Source of the DNA: Euglena gracilis
Taxonomy: Eukaryota
DNA: 64,000 nucleotides
Reading direction: 5' to 3'
Assembly: GCA_039621445.1 (NCBI GenBank)
Contig: CP154954.1
Span: 10,249,521-10,313,520, forward strand
The notes beneath the pieces were generated by a model. It was not told the DNA's origin and ran no database searches. It was given only the letters and a program-made list of their open reading frames with translations. The position numbers and the translations under genes were made by a program. Below, piece after piece: positions 61,308 to 64,000 of the stretch (position 1 is its first letter; every line of letters starts with the position of its first letter).

Positions 61308-63810
61308 CCTTGGACTGATGCACTCCCCCACACCACGCTTCACCGTCCGTGCACTTCTCCGCTCCTGCGAAGCAATCACTGTTTGTTTTGCTTAGGGCGT
61401 TTCTTGTCAGCCTCCCCCCTCCCTTGTGTGTGTTTTGTGGTTGCCATGTGTGAAGCATTCCTTGTTGTTTATTGACTCTTTGCCACACTGCTATCCCTCG
61501 AGAGTCATGGGCATTCACCTTCCCGACAGCTGTCGTGTTTGTATTGTATATTCATTCTCTCTCAGTGTACATCGCCAGAAAGAATTTTCTCTGGTTTTGA
61601 TGGCAGTTGCTTGTCATTTGCTGCTGATGCTTCCTACTGCCTTTTTTTGCTGTGTATTATTATATTATTAGCATCATTTTATTATTGTATTATTATCCAT
61701 ACCATGCATGATATGTCATATTATTTATTTATATGATTATACTCTGTGTCATTTTTTATTGCACAGGAGTGTTTTTTATGCTGCACATTTCTTAATGTGC
61801 AGCATAAATTTTTTTGTATATTCATGTGCCTTTGCATCGATGAAAGTTTGCCTACCCTTAGAGATGGTTTGGTTTTTTGTTTTCCATGGAACATTGAAGA
61901 TTCATGGATTGAAAATGGGAATTGATATGTTTTTCCCTATTTTTTAACATCCATGTAAATTATTTTGTGGGGATTTTAAAGACAAATTTTCGAATGCCAA
62001 CGGCTATAGATATTTTCTCCGCACAATTGCACAGAAAAGAAAAGGTTCTTTGAGCAAAACAGGTCAAAAAAGTGATATTCATTATTCCAACGTTGATATC
62101 ACTGTTTTGAATCCCTGCAATCAGGAATGTTATTTCATTTAAGGAAGTTTTTTGAAAGAATAATTTAATCCAGGATTGTCAAAACATTTGTGTTCTGTGC
62201 ATCTCTCCACTGAGTTGCAAGTGTGATACTCCGATGTTGTCAACCCGACCCCCCTCAAAGACGGACAAAATGGGAACCAAGTCTTATTTTTAAGGGGCAG
62301 TTCATAGATAAAAAAAATAGAGCACGCAGCATTTTCGGCGCTTCGTGGTTTCTTCGGGATTTCTTCGGGCTTCGCGGCGTAAAAGGATCACAGCCAGCTT
62401 GATTTGACCTCGCCGGGTTTTGGGCCCTCTGGGTCCACCCTTGCAGTGGCAGTTGGCTGCCCCCCAGGGGTTTTTTTAGTTGTGGCCCGGGGGGGGGGGG
62501 GGGGGGGGGGGGGGTGGGGGGGGGGGGCCCGGCCGAGCCGAAGGCGCCGAAAAATGCTATTTTTAGCACTTTTCGCGATTTTTCGGCATTTTTTTGTGGG
62601 TCCCCCGGGACCCCCCCCGGGGGGGGCCTAGGGGGTGGGTGGGTGGGGGGACCCCCCCCCAGTTTTAAAAAAACCCCTGCCCTGGAAGGGGGTCCATCTT
62701 TATTTTTTCCCAGCCAGGCGGGTAGGCCCCCCCTCCTCAAGGAATCCCCTTGCACACACACCCGCCTCACAAAAATAACCCTAAATGCGAGTTAGGCCAC
62801 CAAAGAAAAATACCAGGGGGGGCGGGCAGGTATTAAGTGAGCGGTGGGCGGTGGTTTTGCGGGGGGGGGGTCAGACCACCTTCCCCCTGGGGTGGTTCGG
62901 TCGCCCCCCCCCCCGCCAAAAAAAAATTCCAGCATTTCTCGCCGGAGAAGATAAAAAATTTGGTGTATGCTTTGACCGATTTGTCAAAAAAGCACGTGAT
63001 TTTTGGGCCTTTCTCAAGGCCCAAAAATTCTTTGCTCAGGGGGGTCCGACCCCCCCCCCCCTCTGGGGGGAGGTCGACCACCCCCCTCCTCCCCGCTTAT
63101 TTAATATATACCCTGGAGGGGTGTTAATTTTTGGATTTTTGCTGGAAAATTCAGCCGAAGACGGTAAGTAAACCCACGCCAGCGTCACCCCCCCAATAAG
63201 CCTTGGTCAAAGACAGTTTTTTGGCTTTGTTCCTGAAAACTCAGGTGGCCGGATTTGCATGGAGCATCGGCGCAGCCATCCCACGGACTTTGCATGTCTC
63301 TCATGTATATCCGCAATGGACACCCCATTTTCTAATTTCCGCCAAGTATCGCAACACCAGAGGTGCCAGGGCACAGGTGGATCACCATTTTGCCTGGGAC
63401 AACAAGCCACCCTTCCCCCCTCAGTGCGGGCCTGGAACCACCATATTTTCCAAAAGGGCGGTCCCTGAGGCAGGCTGCACCGCGAAACAAGTGGGAGGAC
63501 CGAAAGTGGAAGTGCATTGAGCAATTTCCATCGCTCCTTTTGAATGTCGTGACATAAAAGAAAATCCATCAAGCCGACAGTCCGATGGCCTAAAAATGAG
63601 CTGTTTTTTTGTTGTTTGAAAGGCATATCATAATTGAAAACGGCCTATTACGAACTTTTTTTGATTACCAATTTCCACCCGTGCAGTAGTCCTCGGAAGT
63701 CACGCCACCCAATTTGAACAAAAAACCAATTTTGGGATGAGCGGATGGGGGTTCATCCGTGGCTTGTGCCGCCGCCCCAGCCTCTCTGCTCCCCCACCCA
63801 GCCCCGTCGG

Positions 63811-63903
63811 ATGCCTGCCATCCTGATCGCCGTGGAGACCCCCCGCCGCCAGCGGCCGTACGTCATACCGCAGCCGGGTTGCGTCCCTCCGAACATCCTC
63901 CGG
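63811..63903 (+). CDS. Possible first exon of a further gene
   Basis: GC-rich island MPAILIAVETPRRQRPYVIPQPGCVPPNILR followed by a gtgtgc donor-like sequence. Confidence 0.3.
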
Positions 63904-64000
63904 GTGTGCGGCCGCTGCATCCGCTGCATTCGGACCTCGTTGCGGGGCCAGCAGCTCATGTGGACGCATGACGCAGTTTTGCAATGCTCATCTGGCCTAG

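Overview
Eukaryotic, repeat-dense genomic DNA, most likely from a euglenid (Euglena-like). This assignment is inferred from intron architecture: short GC-rich exons are separated by a mixture of GT/GC-AG introns and 'nonconventional' stem-forming introns with the register exon|N3-C(A/G)G...C(T/C)G-N5-6|purine. The ORF track is mostly uninformative, so I rebuilt the genes exon by exon by hand. All lie on the + strand: a 5'-truncated hypothetical protein (to 5345), a doubtful gene at about 7.6-11.6 kb, a D-3-phosphoglycerate-dehydrogenase-like enzyme (16980-28024), an SRSF11/SREK1-like RRM+RS splicing factor (28379-about 35958), a calmodulin-like EF-hand protein (37604-41156), a long coiled-coil protein (42104-61307) and a possible first exon at 63811. 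Main findings: (1) One nonconventional intron in the dehydrogenase gene is an intact hAT-like MITE with CAGGGTT/AACCCTG ends and a perfect 8-bp TSD (CCGCCGGA). The 3+5 splice register equals the 8-bp TSD, so excision restores the codon exactly. Several other CAG/CAT...CTG/ATG MITEs with perfect 8-bp TSDs sit inside introns, which points to a transposon-driven intron-generating system. (2) The NAD-binding (GxGxxA) exon of the same gene lies on the opposite strand (21124-21187), yet it is in phase and its intron arm base-pairs with the + strand partner. This could be an inversion, a misassembly or trans-splicing. (3) A 3-kb TIR element is packed with ATTTGCGCAAAT palindromes and carries possible pogo-like transposase fragments. 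Exon boundaries were read by eye and need RNA-seq confirmation.
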